Shown here: in pieces, positions 20,368 through 35,061 of the stretch
How positions within the stretch are numbered: position 1 is the stretch's first letter
Layout of the letters: the number at the start of each line of letters is the position of its first letter
From: the human T2T-CHM13v2.0 reference genome, Homo sapiens
Reading direction: 5' to 3' (one strand)
NCBI RefSeq assembly: GCF_009914755.1
Contig: NC_060948.1
Length of the DNA stretch: 64,000 nt
Translations under genes and position numbers: made by a program
The notes under the pieces: model-generated
The model's input: only the letters and a program-made list of their open reading frames with translations
What the model was told of the DNA's origin: nothing
Databases searched by the model: none

Positions 20368-22944
20368 CTGGCCTCCTCTCTGTTCCGCCTCTAGGGCTGA
20401 CCCTCTCTCCATGGGATAGAACTGCAATGGATTGAGCCATAGGCCCTGGCTGATGATCTAGGGGACTGCAGAAGTGGGTCCAGGACAGTTCAGGTGACAG
20501 TTCAAAGCCAATTCCCCAGAGACCAAGGAATGACCAGCTAGGTCCTTTCCCATGATGCCCCACGGCGAACCCCACCTCAGCAATCCTGCCAAAACCCGGG
20601 CAGTCATGTTCAGCCAAACAGCTGAATGAGCTCAGGTAGGAGGTGTACTGCCTGCAGCTGGAGGCTTGACCTTCGTGATCCCAGAACCGCTGGACTGCAG
20701 TGGAATGAGACACCCTGTAGCCTGCAGGGAGAGGAGTCAGGAAGGTTCATGCCAGTCCCACCCTCCCACACACCAGCTCCCCTACCATGCTGGGAGGCAT
20801 TCCTTACCGAGGATGCCAACACAGTGCTCCTTCATGATGATTTCACTGTGGAAATAAAGGTTGGGATGAAAGGAAATCATCCTGCCACCGGTAACCGGGA
20901 TGGCTGAGTTCCTCCACCTGCCGGATCAAGGAGAAAGAGGATGGATTCAATGGGACCATCTCAACTAGCCGGGCTGAGGTGGCCTACTAGCTGTAGTGAA
21001 CCATGAGTTTCCCCTTCCCAGCTCTCCCACTGAGACAACCCTGGTCCCCAGGGGGACCTCAAACTGACTCAGACACTGGACTCCTCCCACAGACCCAGGC
21101 TCCCCAGCCTGACCTGCAAATCCATCACGTAGCAAAGCAGGACTTCCGCATGCTTTCCGACCCACGCCGACATCTCGTGTGCCAAACAATCTACCTCTGC
21201 GCAAGAACTCTCCAGAGGATTGGGTGGGCAAGCCTCGTGACGCCTTGCAATTTCGCAAGAACACAGACAATGTGGAACAGGGCCATCTCCCAGACATTTG
21301 GCCAGTCACCCTTCATTGTTGGCCCTCTATCTCTGTCTGGCGAGGAGGCAACGCCACAACTGTGGTGGTTTTTGGAGTGGGTGGACCCCGGCCAAGACGG
21401 CCTGGGCTGACCAGAGACGGGAGGCAGAAAAAGTGGGCAGGTGGTTGCAGCTGAGGGACGGGAGGGGCCGGGGGTGGTGTGAGGCGGCTGCTTCTCTGAG
21501 TTTCTGAGATGCAGGAGGCCTTTGTGTGCTGGGTGCTGGACATGCTCCGCTGATGTCCGGGTGTGTGGTGTCCTCTTATCCTAGTCTCCCTGAGGGGTGG
21601 GCCTGTCCACCTGAGGGAAGCCTTGTAGTTAGAAGCCACAGCAGGGTCGTGCCTGGCGCTCTCCAAGGGAATTGCGCGGGTCCAGAGGAAGTTATACAGG
21701 CTCAGGGCCTACACGCCTTTGAGTGCAGCGCCTGCAGTTGGATGAATGCGCATCTGCGGAGCTGGTGCCCGCCGTCAGGTGGTCGGCAGCCCCATGCGCC
21801 GCGAACCCGTCTTAAGCACCTTGTGTTTCTGGGGTGAGCCTGCTGGAAACAGGCACCGAGAGCAGGGGTGGTTCAATGGCTGGTAATGGCATACAGATTC
21901 CCCGTCCTCCAGGGACGTTCCCAGGAAAACGCGTCCTTCGAATTTGGGCTGTGCGCAAAGGGACCTTGGCGCCGCGATTCTCCCTTGTCAGTGCTGGCCC
22001 TGGCTCCCCTTCCCTACCACGTGCTCCCAGGGCTGCTACAAGCGAGCTGCCCTCACAGCTGCGGGAACGTGGCCTCGGCTCCCACGCTGTCCCCCATCCC
22101 CTGCCTCCTGGCTGACCCCACGCGCCTCCCACCTGGCTCCTCCCCCCAAACAGCCCCCATACCCCCCGAGGCCCGATGACTATCCCCTGCTGCCCGCCGT
22201 CCCAAATCGGCAGCCGCAAGGATATGGCTCTGGCTCACAAGGCGGAGATGCTCTGTGGCCTAGGGCATTCACGGAGCCCAGCTCCAAGTGAAGGACCTCC
22301 AGCGAGTCCATTGACGGCCCCGGTGTGCTCGGTCCAGGGCCAGGCTGTGCCCGCTGGCCCTCCTTCTGCCACCCCACGTCGGGCTCCACCTCAACCACCA
22401 CCTCCACCTCAGCCATGATGTCTTCCACCTTCAGCACCGCCTCCTCTTCCAAGGCCGCCTCCTTGCTCTGTACCCCGGCCGTCCTCTCCAGCATTGCCTC
22501 CAGCCTGAACACGGTTTTCTCCTGGGTGCTCCCACAGACCCTGGGCCTGCGCAGCCCAGCCCAGCCCAGCCCATGCCCCGCACCCGTAGGCTCTGGGGGC
22601 CCGCTCCCCAGCAGACCCGCTCCCTGCAAGACCCACGGGCGTCGCCCTGCTGTGAACCTGGTCCCACACCTACGTGGACCCAGGTTTCCTGAGGAGCTCC
22701 GCTGGACCCGCAGATCCCGCACTGGCCAAAGGGCTCCGGTCCCCAGCAGGCTCAACTGCGCACAGGAGCTCGGGAGCCAGAGGCCCCGGCCCTGGGCTTG
22801 CAGAGCCCCACCAACAGGCACCGCAACCGCTGCTGCGGGTGCGGGAGCCTCTGGGTCGTCAAGGCAGCGCACAACAGCGTGCGCGCAGGCCGACAATGGC
22901 CAACCCTGGCGGCTGGCCTCTGGTGTGCCCAGGGCATAGGACAA
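20368..22944 (-). pseudogene. FAM197Y: FAM197Y-type inverted TSPY paralog, unit 2
   Basis: Copy of 51-2627 at offset +20317. Exon homologs at 22239-~22607, 21895-21948, 21114-21190, 20808-20917, 20576-20721, 20368-20457. Confidence 0.85.
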
Positions 22945-24118
22945 GAGGCCCTTTGGAATGCTCCTTGGAGTACAGCATCCTCAGGGAGGAAGCATGGTAC
23001 TCGGAGCCTCTATTTGCCTCGACCTGTGAGAGTGTGTGCCGGGGCTCTGGCCTCTACAGCAGATCAATTCCACCTCAGCACCGGCAGGCGACTTTCCTCC
23101 CACGTGCCCGCCCCGATCACTTCCCCCAGGACACCCCTGCCGCCCTAGCCCCAGCAACCAGAGAGAGTTCTCTGCATCTGCTGTATTACCTCCGTACCAT
23201 CTACCTGGCCTGCCTAACGAAGAGAGATGTTTCCTGTGTTCATGACACATAGAGATGTTCATGGCTTGCCACACTGAGGATGTCAGGGCACAGGGCTGCC
23301 ATGCCCACAATTCCAAAGGCCACGCAGCCCGCGTGTGCCCGGATGCCTAGCTACCCGGCACAAGCTCCAAGGGCTTCTCGGAGGAGGCTTGGGCAGGGAA
23401 GGCAGGGGGGTGGGGGGGCTGGAGATGCAGGCCCGCCAGTGGCTGTGCCGCCCAGGGAGACGCCCACCGCCCTCCCATTGATTGGCCACGACGGGAGGAA
23501 GTCGGCCTGGGTGCGGCCCCCCGGCCCTTCGCGCGCAGTCCCTTAGGGGGCGCCTGGAAGCCCGGCGCATGCGCCCTGAGGGCTCGCTGACCTACCGGGT
23601 GCCAGAGAGGCTGCGGCAGGGTTTCTGTGGCGTGGGTCGGGCAGCACAGGCCTTGGTGTGTGCGAGTGCCAAGGAGGGCACCGCCTTCAGGATGGAGGCT
23701 GTGCAGGAGGGGGCGGCCGGGGTGGAGAGTGAGCAGGCGGCTTTGGGGGAGGAGGCGGTGCTGCTGTTGGATGACATAATGGCGGAGGTGGAGGTGGTGG
23801 CGGAGGAGGAGGGCCTCGTGGAGCGGCGGGAGGAGGCCCAGCGGGCACAGCAGGCTGTGCCTGGCCCTGGGCCCATGACCCCAGAGTCTGCACCGGAGGA
23901 GCTGCTGGCCGTTCAGGTGGAGCTGGAGCCGGTTAATGCCCAAGCCAGGAAGGCCTTTTCTCGGCAGCGGGAAAAGATGGAGCGGAGGCGCAAGCCCCAC
24001 CTAGACCGCAGAGGCGCCGTCATCCAGAGCGTCCCTGGCTTCTGGGCCAATGTTGTATCCTTCTCAGTGTTTCTTCGGCCTTTCTAGTGGAGAGGTGCTC
24101 TCGGGGAAGTGTAAGTGA
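21717..24118. promoter_or_regulatory. CpG island / divergent promoter, unit 2
   Basis: Paralogous copy. Carries an inverted CCAAT box (ATTGG 23481-23485) absent from units 1 and 3. Confidence 0.75.
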
Positions 24119-26131
24119 CCGATGGGCAGCTCGGCGTCGATGTGACTCTTTGGGGAACAAAGGGGAGTTGCCACGGACCAGTGTGGCTGTGGAAAGCCGG
24201 AGCAGGCGTGGGTACTATTGTCCTGCATGCGGCAGAGAAACCCTTGGTGATGCCGAGCAGCAGACGTTTGGGGCATCTTTTTGAAGAGCAGAAGCGAGTT
24301 CAGAGCGGAAGAGGTTTTTCAGTGAATGAAGCTATTTTTAAGGGAGTGTGATTGCTGCCCCTTGCTAGTCCGATCTGGGACTGGGCGTCTTCGGCTATAA
24401 GCAGATTCTGCCACTCCTCAGACACCAGCAAGTCTCTGCAAATCGCGCCTCCCCATGTCAGTGCAGTCAGCCTCAGAATCATACACCCTCTGTGAACACA
24501 GGAGGCCTTAGTTTAAGGGGAGGGGGAGGCGAAAGGAGATCATACATGGAAGCAGATCTGAGAAATCCCCTACCCCAGCCTCTGGGTGCTCTTAGGCCTT
24601 CTTCCCTGTTGCTCCTCGCTTTCCCTTCCATCGTGTGTAAAGTCTCTTTGACCTAAATCAGATTGCAAACCACCCCCAGATGTCAGCCCTGATCACTGAC
24701 GAAGATGAAGACATGCTGAGCTACATGGTCAGCCTGGAGGTGAGGCCAGGAAGACTGGGGCTAGAGGGTTTAGCGGGGGAGGGTAAGGGAAATAATTCAT
24801 TCCTGTAAGCAAGAGTGAGCACCTCACCCGAAAACCTATCTAAGCTTTCTCCACCTTGTCCTGACAGGTGGAAGAAGAGAAGCATCCTGTTCATCTCTGC
24901 AAGATCATGTTGTTCTTTCGGAGTAACCCCTACTTCCAGAATAAAGTGATTACCAAGGAATATCTGGTGAACATCACAGGTGACAGGTGGCTCCCAGGAT
25001 GGGTAGTGGAAGGAAGATGGTGGGTGGATCATTGCCAACGGGATCCAGCCCCCTTCCCACAAAAACTCCTGTCTCTGTAGAATACAGGGCTTCTCATTCC
25101 ACTCCAATTGAGTGGTATCCGGATTATGAAGTGGAGGCCTATCGCCGCAGACACCACAACAGCAGCCTTAACTTCTTCAACTGGTTCTCTGACCACAACT
25201 TCGCAGGATCTAACAAGATTGCTGAGGTGAGTCCTCACTGGGAAACATGAGGAATGACCCCATGTGTTCCCAGCTGCTTGGGTCACCTTTCTGAGCCCTG
25301 ATGAGGCCTTTCCCGATTGAGTCCCCTGACAGATCCTATGTAAGGACCTGTGGCGCAATCCCCTGCAATACTACAAGAGGATGAAGCCACCTGAAGAGGG
25401 AACAGAGACGTCAGGTGAGCCGTTAGTTGGCACTGGAGCTGTTTGATGCCCAGTATAAGGGGGTTGACACACCTGCCTATTCAGGGAGCCTGGGTGCTCA
25501 TTTCAGAAATGTAGAAATTGAGGCTCCTTTCGTACATGTAGAAATTCCTTGAGAGGAAGACAGAGAGTGACAGAATCCAGGACGTTCATGGCATTGGGCT
25601 GAAAAGGCACGTTAGAGACTGCACTGCAAAGCGGGTGATAGCTGTGGAGTCTTAAGCCCAGTGAAGAATCGTCCATTTCCAGAATCAATGAGAAGTAAAG
25701 CTGAAAATCATTCAGTTCAGTCTGTGGCACTTGATTCCACGGCTGTCAACCCCACCGGCAGTCATCCCACCAACCCCATGAGATTGGGCTCCCTGAATGT
25801 GCGTCCTGGTCATCCTTGCCCCAAACCACAAAGGACTGTTTAGATTGATGGATTTCCTTAAGCTGTTGCCCCATCAGACTTGTGTGTGCTTTTAGGGCCC
25901 AGTGCATCTTGTTAGCTGACTCCCCTCACAGACAATACTGGGAATGGGGCAGGGATTGCGCAGAACAGTTTGTAACACGTGGTAGGAGGAAGTTTAAGGG
26001 ATCACAAATGGGGAAGGGATATCCTTTTCTCAGCGGGCCCCACAATTGAAACATTTCAAAGTATGGCTCAGAGAAAATGCGTTTTAACATGAGTTTGTGT
26101 TTCTCTAGGGGACTCCCAGTTGTTGAGTTGA
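23569..26131 (+). CDS. TSPY: TSPY copy 2, 308 aa (P109 variant)
   Basis: Exons 23569-24054, 24662-24739, 24868-24979, 25081-25226, 25333-25414, 26109-26131 with intact splice sites. Codon 109 is CCG (23893-23895). Confidence 0.97.
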
Positions 26132-26301
26132 ATATGATGGAGCATCAGATTTTACCTAATACAGCAGAACTCCTAAAAAGTTACAGCCATATGCAGGACG
26201 GCAGTACTCAGCATGGTCTTATGCACAGGAACTAAAGGAAAAAGAGATCGAGTCACAAAAATTCAGGAAGAGGGGGTAAATGTGGATTGTATGGAATGAA
26301 A

Positions 26302-26307
26302 AATAAA
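26302..26307 (+). terminator. TSPY poly(A) signal, unit 2
   Basis: AATAAA at the paralogous position. Confidence 0.85.
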
Positions 26308-29048
26308 CATTCTCAAGGATGTGTGACTCTGTGTCTGTGTGTGTGTGTGTGTCTTTGTGTTTGTGTGTGTGTGTGTCTGTGTGTGTATGTTTATCCACTT
26401 TATTCGGGTGTCATAATGAATTGATCAATCCACGTGCTTTATTCTCTTCATGGAAATAACCAGTCTGCGTTGGAGCTGGGCCTCTAAAGTTGTAGAGTGA
26501 ATGGGTGTGGGATGTGTTGGGATTCTTCCTACAGGACAGAGTGGGAGAGGTAAAAGCAAAAGACAGCTTAGTTGGAGGCTGACTTCGTCCTATGGAAGCA
26601 GAGATAGTTCAAGGAAAGGGGTTACTGGGTTTCCAGGGCCCAGTTTGCTGGGACCTCCAAAATCCTTCATTTTGGGTATCATCATACACAGTAGCTAAGC
26701 ACAGGATGATGGAAATCTTAAAGTTCGCTTTCGTGTTGAATCCACATGTTCTTTTAAAGGTGAATGCATGATCCTTTTCTGGGACAATCAGCCTCTCAGG
26801 ACTTCTGAAACATCAACGTGAGAAGAAATGGGCATGTAAGGTGTATGGAGGGACTGTGGGAAAGGTGACAGAGGCATGTGGGAAGGCATTCAGGATACGC
26901 TTTTGGCAGAGATGACTAAGGGAAAACAGAAACTTACAGAAGTGAGGGGAAAGGGGGTGGATTAGTGGAATATAAGATTGTTGGAGAATCCATCCATGGA
27001 CTCTCTTGTCACTTGATGACCCAGGATATGGACACTCTTGTTGATGTTTACATCTTTAGTTGTTTTAAGCTTTTCTCCAAGATTCTGTGTTAGGTGAGGA
27101 GCCAATAACGTATGTAGCTAACAACAGTACGAGTGCATTTTGTGCTCTTGCAAAGTCTAGTGAGGCTCTATTCTCCCTCGTGATTGGCACTGCAGATTGT
27201 ATCTGGACCCAGGGCCCCTAAATTTTCTGTGGCCTCTTCAGCATAGTTTGCCTAAGGTTTAGAACGTAAAGCGAATATAGTTGCGGAATATGTTTTGCAA
27301 GCCTCACACAGGAGGACAAAACATACAGCTTTCATTCGCGAGTGGGAGGCTGCTTCCCAGGAACACGTGTGTCTGCACAAGACAAGGGGTTGCCTCTGTC
27401 AAGGATGGGGCAGGAGGATTTCAGTGTCGGAGGCAGAACTTTCTTTCCTGTTCCCAGATGAAACAGTTCCAACACGAGCATCCATGTTGACCACACGCTA
27501 CTAGAGTGCTAACATTGCTGTCCTGTATAGACTCCAGTCAGCACAGCTTCTGTGAGAAGAGCTATGTTGTTTCAGGGAAGAGGGTTTGACAGTCAAAGTT
27601 CCTGAATCTGTTGTGGTGCCTGCAATATGCATTCTACCCCTCCTGCTCGGTGTCAAAGCAGTTGAGCTTTGAAAATCTATCGCCCGGTTTTGTCCCTGCT
27701 CCTATGCAGACCTCTGAAGCTCTGGAGCGGGAGTCTTGTCCTCCTCTGACTACCGTCCCCCTGACCCACAAACACAGGAGAAACAGGTGTTCTAAGCAAA
27801 TTATTCTGAAAACAGTCGGAACACTTTGGCCCCCTCAAGCTGCCCTCTATCCTACTGTGTGCATGTCAAAGACACTGTGGTCCAGTACGGTATCCCTATA
27901 GCGGCAATGGGGCAACAGATTGGTGTGTGCACTCTGGGCAACTCAGATTAGGAAACATCTGGGGAGTTGCCTATAACGAGGTCGTCTTAAAACGTGTTGC
28001 CCCAAATTTAAGGCATAGGAAAATGTTGAGGAAAGGGTCTTGCAATGATTTTTCTAGGAGGTAAATAGATAAGAAAATGACCGTAAATAGATGCCAGGGC
28101 TAGTTTTGGAGCTAGCCTTTTTTAAAGTGGTGGTAGGGGAGGAGGTTTTTCCAAGGCAGGTAGCAAACCAGGAACTGTCTACGATGGATGGGCGTGCCAT
28201 GGGTTGGTGGCTCAGCCATATTGCCACCCCACGGAGTCGATGCAGCAGACTGGGCTTCTTGCTTGAATCCTACGTGCAATTCAGTCTAGTGATTTCACAT
28301 GAGATCCCTTCTTCTGGTATTATCACAGATCGTGCTGAATTATACAGGCTGTGTAATGCTTCTTCCACTGAATATCCGTGCACGTGGGCCACAGATGCTA
28401 AGGGCACTGACAAATTTGCACCGTGCCTCAGTAACTCGGAAGCACATCTGTGATTTGTACCGACAGGGACTTGGTGTCTTTTCGTGTTTAAAGTAGCACG
28501 TGTGTGTTTGTGGTTGCGTATGTTTATTTCTCTGTGCGGGTTTGTATATTTTCTCTGACTCCACCTATGTCTCCGTGGTTCCGATATTTTTCCACACTCC
28601 CTGCGACAATTTGCACATGCCTATCTCTACAACCATTGTAGACTTTGTATCTGTGTCTTTGAACATCTGTCACTCTCTCTCCCTTCCTTTTTTCTTTTCC
28701 TTCCTTTACACCCCTCCTTTCATCCTTCCCTTGCTTCCCCACCACACTCTCTCCATCTGTATCGTCTATCTTTCTATTCTCTATCTGGGTTTACTTTCTA
28801 ATTCTGAATTCAAGGGCATTGAATTGAAAAGAAGCACTCTTCGTACTTTTATGTGTTTTAACTCATTTGGGGAATTTGGCGTGGTATTATTTACAGGGTT
28901 CTCTCTGCCCTTTCTCATTGTTCTCCCCAGCCGGGGCTGTTATTATGTGAAAGCTGGTTTCCTTCATCACATCGCGTAGGCTCTAATGATGTTTCGTTTA
29001 TTTTGATTCTCCTCACACTACATAGTTTTAATTTACCTAATGTGACTG

Positions 29049-29351
29049 TTTTTTTGTTTGTTTTCCGAGAATGGGTCTTACTCTGTCTTCTAGGTTGGAC
29101 AGCAGCCCCACGATCTCAGCCCACTGCAGCCCAGGCACCACACACCCATGTGATCCTGTCAACTCAGACTCTCACACACCTGGCAGTACAGGTGCATGCC
29201 ACCCCTCCAAGCTATGTATTAATTAACTAAATACTTACTTTTTGAATGTGGGTCCATGTTGCCCCAGGCTCATCTGGAACTCCTGAGTGCAGGCAATCCT
29301 CCCACCTCAGCTTATCAAAGTGCTGGGATGACAGGTGTGACCCATGGCCCT
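29049..29351 (-). mobile_element. Old Alu, antisense, unit 2
   Basis: Paralog of 8730-9032. Confidence 0.85.
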
Positions 29352-29494
29352 GCCATGGCTTTGTGTTTTTTGCTTTTTTCTTCCTCCTCCTCACGTCTTG
29401 TTTTGAAACATGCACTGAAGGTTTCAATTCATGGACTATAGCCTCTGTGCCTGGAATTTCTATCTTTCAACTCATCATCAGCATTCATTGGGAT

Positions 29495-29542
<48 letters not shown>

Positions 29543-29798
29543 ATATAAGAATACCTATGTACACACATATATACGTATATACATGTATATACGTATATAT
29601 GCACATTTATATACGTATATACATGTATATACGTATATATATACATGTACACATATGTATTTATTTCTCAAGTTACGAAACGGCTTGCATTCTTTCCTGT
29701 GTCATGAAAAAGACTTTGCTAGAAAAGAAAAGCACTGCTTTATAATAAAATATTTTATTTGCATTTATTTTGTTAAGGCATTTTAAAAATTGTATGTT

Positions 29799-31529
29799 TG
29801 TTTAAAAAATGTCATATGAAATGATACATATTTACAACTTAAGGCGTGATGTTCAACAGGTCATATACATTATGCATTGGATACATCCAGCCAATCAACA
29901 TATGTGTGACCTCACATAGTTGTCATTTTTGTTGTGAAAAAACTTGACCTGCACTGTATTCGAATATTTTTAGAGAAAGAATATGTTACCACTAGTTATA
30001 GTGAGCATGCTGAAGAAAATATTTTTAACCTATTCCTCCTTTATAACTAGAAGTATGAGTTCTTCATCCAGCATCTCGTCAGTGCACCCTCTTCACCGCA
30101 GTCATTGGAGTCACTACTTCTGTGAAGTCCGCTTTTTTGATTTCATATAAGAATGAGATCATGTGCTACTTTCCTTTCTGATACCTGGCTTATGTCACTT
30201 AACAGAATGGCATGCACACATTCAGCAGATTCCCACACATTCTCACAACTGGCAGGATTTCCTGATTTCTTATTGCAGCGCATATTTACGTTGCGCATAT
30301 GCGTTTTTGCCCCATTTTTTAATCCACTTATCAATGGAGGGACTCTCAGGTTGCTTCCGCATTTTGGCTACAGCAAAAATGTAATGAGTGCAGCAATAAT
30401 TGCATGGGTGCGCGCACCGCTTCAACATACTGATCTGTGTACTGGCGGGCGTGCCCGGGTATTCTGATTTGCTGGATCATATAGTGGGTGGTTCTACTTG
30501 TAGATTTCTGAAGGCTGTTTATACTTAAATAAGAGCCATAAAGCTTCTTTAATGCCAGCACTAATTTACATTCTCCCCAAAAGTGAGCAGGGAATTCGTT
30601 TTCTCTGCCTCCTCACCAGAGATTAGGGTTTTCTTTTCTTTCTTTTTTTTTTTTTGTTTGTTTGTCTTTCGGATAATATGCATTCTGACTGAAGTGAGAA
30701 GAAATCTCATTGTGTTTTTGATTTGCATTTTCGTGATGGATTGGGGATAATGAGGAATTTTTAGTGTGTCTTCTGGGCAACTGTATGTCTCAGTTTCACA
30801 AATGAGTCTTCGAAGCCTTCGCCCATTTGTTTTCATGCTATTGAGTTGTTGGGAGTTCCTTATGTACTGTGACTATTCCCCCATGAACAGATGTATGGTG
30901 ATCCAATCATTGCTCCCATCCTGTAGGATGCCCCTTCTGTATGTTGAGTTTTCTATGGTGTGGTGAAGCACTTTAGTTTGATATGATTCCATTCTCTATT
31001 TTTGATGGTGTTTACTGTGTTCTTGCAGTCACTTTGAGACCATCATTGCACACACGGACGCCATGGAGCTTCTTCCTTGTGATCTCTTCTGCTATTTTTA
31101 TCGTTTCACATCTGACACTGGAGTTTGGTGATAAATAATCCACTTGTAAAATCCTTTGTGTGGCTATTCAGATTTCCCCAACCTAGTTTATAGAAGATAC
31201 TTGATTTTGCATTGGGCGTTCTTGCTTCTTTGGGAAAAGGCTGTGAGCTGCAAATGCAGTGACTTAGTTCTGGGCTCCTGTTGTTTTTCCTAAGCTCTAG
31301 TCTCTGCTTTTCTGCCAGTGCTATTGTATTTTGGTACAAAAAGTTTTGTAGTAGTATATCATGAAGTTAGGTAGTGTGGTGGCTCCAGCTTTGTGCTTTT
31401 TACTGGATTGCTCTGGGTTTTCAGGATCTTCTGCCATTTCATAGCAAATTTGGGATTCCCAGATTGTTTTTCTAAGAAGAATGTGTCATTGATATTTTTA
31501 CAGGGGTTGTATAGAATCTGAGGATGACT
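29799..31529 (-). mobile_element. Old LINE-1 fragment, unit 2
   Basis: Paralog of 9480-11210. Confidence 0.85.
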
Positions 31530-31595
31530 CAGGTAGTAGTGATGTCAATGCCGTTTAGACAATGTGCGTGTTTGTGTGCACAAGCTCAGGGCCAA

Positions 31596-33044
31596 GAGAC
31601 ACTGGGTGTCCTCACCAATACTGAGGTGGGCCTTAATATCCAGCCAGATTGCCTTCTGGAAACACACGGAATGTCCTGTTCTGTTTTGCCATCTCTTCAC
31701 ATTTCCTCCCCTGTGAGCCCTGTGTGGTCCTCCAGATTCCCTGTGCGGTGGCCTGCCTTTTTTGGGGTGGGGAGTTGCTGGGTGAATGAGGATGGCGGAG
31801 GGAACCAAGTATGTCAGTGGAGCGTGGTGTCATCCAAACGGTACTTAGCAGGCCTGGGAGAGTCATTCTGGGAGGACGCAGACCTAGAGAGGCCTCAGGT
31901 GGGCATCTGTGTGGAGGGTGAGAGATCCCTGGTTGAGCCCAAACTGAACCCCAGGTAGAAGCAAGCCTCAGGACAGGGAAGTAGCTAGCAAGGGATGATG
32001 AGGGAGCTATCTCTTGACCCTGGCTTCCCACCCATTGACCTTAGCTACTTGTGCCTATTAAGCAGATTACGGTTCCCCCATCGTGAAATGTGGGTACCAC
32101 AGTTCCCTGATGGGCATTTCTCCACCAGCCCATGATGGCCTGAGTTTCCTTACTGCAGTCTCCTCCCTGAGCCTTGGCTTCTCTATGTGTGTCCTAACTC
32201 CAGGACCCACAGGCCTGTCAACCCCCAGCCCTGGGCTGCTTCCCTGGCCTCTTCTCTGTTCCCTCTCTGAGGGCCTAACTCCCTTGGGTAGTGCTGCAGA
32301 ATATAGAGCCACAGGCCCTGGCTGATGATCTGGTGGACTGGGCAAATTGGTCGTGACAGGTCAGGTTCTGGTTCAAAGCCAATTCCTCCGATGCCAAGGA
32401 ATGTCGAAGAAGGTCCTTTGCCATGATGCCCCATAGCTGCCCCACCTCAGCAATCGTGCCGTAACCTGGGCCCTCACAGTCAGACAACCAGCTGAAGAAG
32501 CTCAGGCAGTGACCTGCGGGAAACTCGGGCTTTCACCTGCATGACCCTAGAACCACTGGACTGCAGTGGAGCCAGTCGCCCTGTATCCTGGAGGGAGACG
32601 AGTCAGGAAGGCGCACGCCAGGCCCAGCTTCCGAGGTACTACCCCCTCTACTCCTCAGGGAGGATGCCAACGCAATACTCCTTAGTCGTCACTTTGTTTC
32701 CGAAGTAAATGTTGTGATGAAAGGCAAACTTCTTCCTACCCCTTGTATTCAGGGTGGCCGAGTTCCTCCACCTGCCTGTCCAAGAAGGAGAAACAGGGCT
32801 GTGAAGGGGCAATTTCATCTAGGTGGGCTGAGGTGGCATTCTAGCCGGGGTGAAGCATGCGTTTCCCCTTCCCAGCTTTCCCGCTGAGACACACCTGAGC
32901 CCCAGAAGGACCTCAACCTGACCAGGACCTTAGCACCCTCCCCCAGACCCAGGCTTTCCATCCTGACCTGCAAATCCAACATGCAGCTTTGAAGGACTTT
33001 CTCATGGTTTCTGAGCTCCTTGCTCTCACCAGAAAGAATCAGAA
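31596..33044 (-). pseudogene. Second TSPY-like relic, unit 2
   Basis: Copy of 11277-12725 at offset +20319. Confidence 0.85.
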
Positions 33045-35061
33045 CTTTTAAAGTGTTCTTTATGCCAACTTAAATTTTTCATTTTTACTACCTCATGTTT
33101 TGGATGAGGCATGTATTTTTAAATTTATTTTCACCCTTATTGTACCTCTATGATAAACTGCTTGCTTACATTCATACCGTAATTATCTCTCAGGTTACTT
33201 GTCTGTTCCTAAAGATTCACTGAAACGAAGAATTCTATATATGCTTGTATCTTTCAGCAACCGTATGTCAGATAGCACTGCACATTACTGCAGACATCGC
33301 ATATACAGGTCCAAAGGTAGAGGAAGAAGAAGAAAGCAAGCGTTAAGCTCTATACATTCCTAAAAGCATATCAGAAACTCACAAATAACAGTGAAATCAA
33401 AGAATGATCACAGCCAATTCCATTACATACCTAGACTGAAATACGAAACTTCAAAGAAAAGAAACATTAGAACTTTGGGTTTGTAAAAATTTTCCTATAT
33501 AGATAAAATTATTGGTAACTGTGTCTCACTAGAAAACGTAAACAAAAGTCCATGTTTTTCATATTTGTAAATATACATAGTTTTATTTCCATCAGTTATG
33601 ACATGCAAGCAAGTAATAAAGTGAAAGTACAATCAAATGATATATGGAACTTCCTCAGTCTTAAAATATTCCATGGAGACTATCAATTTTATGAAAACTA
33701 TAAAGAATGCTTCATGAAACTACATTGTACAGTGCCATTTACTATTTTACTGACATTTTAAATAATCAACAATTAAAGGGAATACGTCAACATTATTTAA
33801 TACCAATAACGTTATTTTTCTTGAGTAATCCTGTTGAAATTAAGGATTTTAAATAAAACATTAAAAACAAATTATATTGACTGATTTCAGCTTTGGATGA
33901 AATCATACTTGTGTATTTGTAGTAATGCGAAGCATAACTTTCTCCTCACAATTAATCTTTTATAACATCGGTGTTATAGTTTTCTCTGACACCAACATTG
34001 TGATATCGCACAGGTTTACTGCATGCATGCATTACATGCCTCCAGAGAGTAGGCTTCAAATATATGGAAAAATTATATTTATGAAAAAATTCTAGGAAAG
34101 GGAATGGTGAAATGGAAGAGAATTTCTCACTTGCTAACTGTTGGACATGGATTTGTATATATTTGGATATAGACACATACTGGCACACTGTGAGTTTGCC
34201 CATGTATATATACACTTATATGAGAAACCCATAATATATGGGTTGTGTAATCTTTTAATTAATCCATAATTGTATGTGTGTGAAATTAGATAAGCGGTTA
34301 CCTTTTCTTTACTCAACTTGATGGAAAGCCAAAAAACTCTGTCCACCTTCATTTCAATTAATCCAATACTGTTAACTGCTGGTAGCTTCATTCTCCTTGT
34401 TCTCTTACGGCAACCGGAAAGTTAATTCTCGCTCTAATTTGGCTTTCAAGGTGCGATCAACAAGAGTGTCACCTTGCTGTGGATTGTGACCTCTGACTCC
34501 ACCTCTGTCTTCCTTTTGCAGTCCTACCTTTGCATAGGTAACAAACTTTGTACATGGTTAAAAGGATAAAAGTTCAGTGAAATGTCAAGCCATGCTGTGA
34601 AATGTTCCATAGTTTCTATATCTCTAATTGTCCTTTGATGTTATAGAGGCAAGAAAAATAATTCAATGTTTTTCTTAGTATCTAGTCCAATGCACTCTTT
34701 CTTCATAATACTGCAAACAAGGCACTGACATGGAAACGTGGCTGGACGTCTCAAAATCTCTTCTCATTAATTACCATTATGTTAATCACTGTTGCCCACA
34801 ACTGGAATTGGACTTTGAAATCCCCTGGTGGAAATTGCTATAATGGCTCAAACTACTGGAAAGACTATCTTTTTTTACCTGAAAATATCTGATGAGCATA
34901 GACGTATGCTATATACAGGAAGATATTGTACATTAACAACATACCATCACTGCCACTCAATAATAGGTATCCCAAACCTTTGAGCCAAACTGAGCTCAGG
35001 TGCTCCCACAAACCAAGCTTTTCCCTCCACAGATTTCTTATGTCAAAAAGCCACAACTCCA

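Noticed and set aside
23482-23568. 29-aa N-terminal extension of TSPY copy 2 in the ORF track
   Set aside because: It begins at a TTG created by the promoter SNV, probably upstream of the transcription start. This is an artefact of bacterial-style start codons.
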